Source: Chrysomallon squamiferum (Eukaryota; Animalia; Mollusca). Taken from it: a DNA stretch of 64,000 bases. The stretch covers positions 2,790,001-2,854,000 of the forward strand of contig CM022669.1 of NCBI GenBank assembly GCA_012295275.1, in the 5' to 3' direction. The translations under genes were made by a program, and so were the position numbers. The stretch's first letter is position 1; every line of letters begins with the position of its first letter. The notes under the pieces were generated by a model. That model did not search any database. It was not told the origin of the DNA and saw nothing but the letters and a program-made list of their open reading frames with translations. This document shows, piece after piece, positions 61,937 to 64,000 of the stretch.

Positions 61937-62470
61937 CAACACATCCACCTTAATGCAACTAGCACAAATACATCCAATTAAATAAAACTAAAATAAACAT
62001 ATCCACATTAAATGAAACTAACAGATATATCCACATTAAAAGAAAACTAACAGATATATCTACATTAAAGAAAACTAACAGATATATCCACATTAAAGGA
62101 AACTAACAAATATATCCACATTAAATGAAACTAACAGATATATCCACATTAAAGAAAACTAACAGATATATCCACATTAAACGAAACTAACAGATATATC
62201 CACATTAAAGGAAAATAACAAATATATCCACATTAAATGAAACTAACAGATATATCCACATTAAACGAAACTAACAGATATATCCACATTAAACGAAACT
62301 AACAGATATATCCACATTAAAGGAAAATAACACGAACATATCCACATTAAATGAAATTATAATAAATATATCCTATTTAAATGAAACTAATAAAATAAAT
62401 AAACATTAAAAGAAACTGACATGAAATATCCAATTACGTCAAACTGATATAAATATGTCTACATTAAATG
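61937..62470. repeat. 28-bp minisatellite
   Basis: Unit aaactaacagatatatccacattaaa(n)g; starts at 62100 and 62128 give the period; the ends are degenerate. Confidence 0.9.
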
Positions 62471-63895
62471 ACACATGGACAAGCTTTGTCTAAGACCTGG
62501 TTTTGAAGGAAATATTTTAAAAATTGATATTTTTGGTGATCAGGATTGAATTTGATCCCAGTTTATATCGATGCTTGTGATGCTGCTTACAAACTGTCAG
62601 TGTTGCATGTAGAAGAATTAGATATAGAAATAATATAACATTTATTTAGGATAAAACCTTTACAAAGATTGTTTCCCTGAACAGTTTAAGGCTTCCAGAT
62701 CAATTATACCACAATGTAGACTTTTATGCAGCTTATAAACCTCGAAAATATTATGACAGATCTATGCGTTAATTTTCAATGTCTGACGCAATAATTCTCA
62801 CAACAAATTTAAGAGACAGAAAGAAGAAAAAAAAAATGATTTGTAACTCTTCATTATCAACTGTTGCAACAGTTCAGATAACAGATTTGAGAAAAACAAA
62901 GTCAAATTTATAAGAATTCATTTTCATCTGTCTGTTGCAGCAATTGTGACGAGAGGGTTGAGAGAAACAAAGAGAGATTGTCTCTCTGTAAATTGGCCAT
63001 CGCGCTGAAAAATAAAGCCAATTAGCGTTCGCAAGATTTAAACGACTGTCCAAAGTAATTACGTAATAAATCCATTTGTTCCAAGTAAACAGTCAGTGAC
63101 TTCTAATGTTGATGTGTTAATTTGCGGAGAAAGCAACCCTATTTCAATAAAGCAAATTGATGTTTGAAAATCACTGGTCCATTCATAACTATATTTCCTC
63201 GCGTTACCCCTGTAAGCTATAAACCAGCTCCGCCTTGGATCGATGAAGTTTTGTGGGGAAAGTTGGGAAAAGATGGTTTAACTTCTTGCGTGCAGAGAGC
63301 GGCAGATCTTACAGGCAAAGACGTCGGATCGACCGTCGCTTCGCGTTTACTGTGATCTGTGACGACGTGCACCACTTCACTGAAGTATACGAAGTAAGGA
63401 TTTGAAAAATGTTGTTTAGAACTATCCAGTTTCTCAGTAATTCATCACTAACTTCTGTCTTCTGATTTGTGACTTACAAGACTTGAAAGAGACGTCAGAG
63501 AACGAGACTTAGGATGCTGCCTGTATTGATAATCAGTTTATTTTCATTGCGTTTTGGTAAGTTTTCTAGTCACAAATATTTTTAGAGTTTAATAACTGTG
63601 ACCTTTGATTGTGCATTCGTTACTACAATTTCACTTGATTACAACAATAATGTATTTCTTTATACTTTATATTCAGTAAAGAAAAGGTTAAGTTGTGTCA
63701 GTTTTGACAGAAAATTTATTACGTTAGTAATACACACAGTAGGCCTAAAGTATTTAATTTAAAAGTATCATGTTAACATCAGATATTATGAAGTATTTTA
63801 TCCAAGTATTTACAATCAAATGCGGAACCAGAAGTTAATAATTGCAAGGTTGGAAATTCTTTAATTAGTCCATAAAGATGGTATGAAATAATATA

Positions 63896-63968
<73 letters not shown>

Positions 63969-64000
63969 ATAAACAATATGCATGCACGCACGCACACTAG

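Overview
AT-rich (about 30% GC by eye), microsatellite-laden, intron-containing animal genomic DNA. A mollusc or gastropod origin is inferred only from a V-SINE-like repeat and the gene complement. Six protein-coding genes can be assembled by hand with GT-AG junctions and consistent phases: an orphan rhodopsin-family peptide GPCR (+), a catalytically dead KSR/RAF-family pseudokinase of the KSR3 type (+, N-terminus unresolved), DNA polymerase iota (-), a FAM174-type membrane protein (+), ribosomal protein L4 (-) and gamma-tubulin complex component 4 (+). POLI/FAM174 and RPL4/TUBGCP4 are head-to-head pairs. RPL4 hosts four U18/SNORD18-like box C/D snoRNAs, three of them in a single intron. That intron also carries a cryptic stop-containing exon at the canonical snoRNA-to-3'-splice-site distance, which is the most interesting signal in the window. 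Mobile DNA comprises a hAT MITE with a perfect 8-bp TSD, a V-SINE-like element and a truncated Tigger/pogo element. Most short ORFs in the supplied track are microsatellite or minisatellite artefacts. All calls are by eye; no database search was run.
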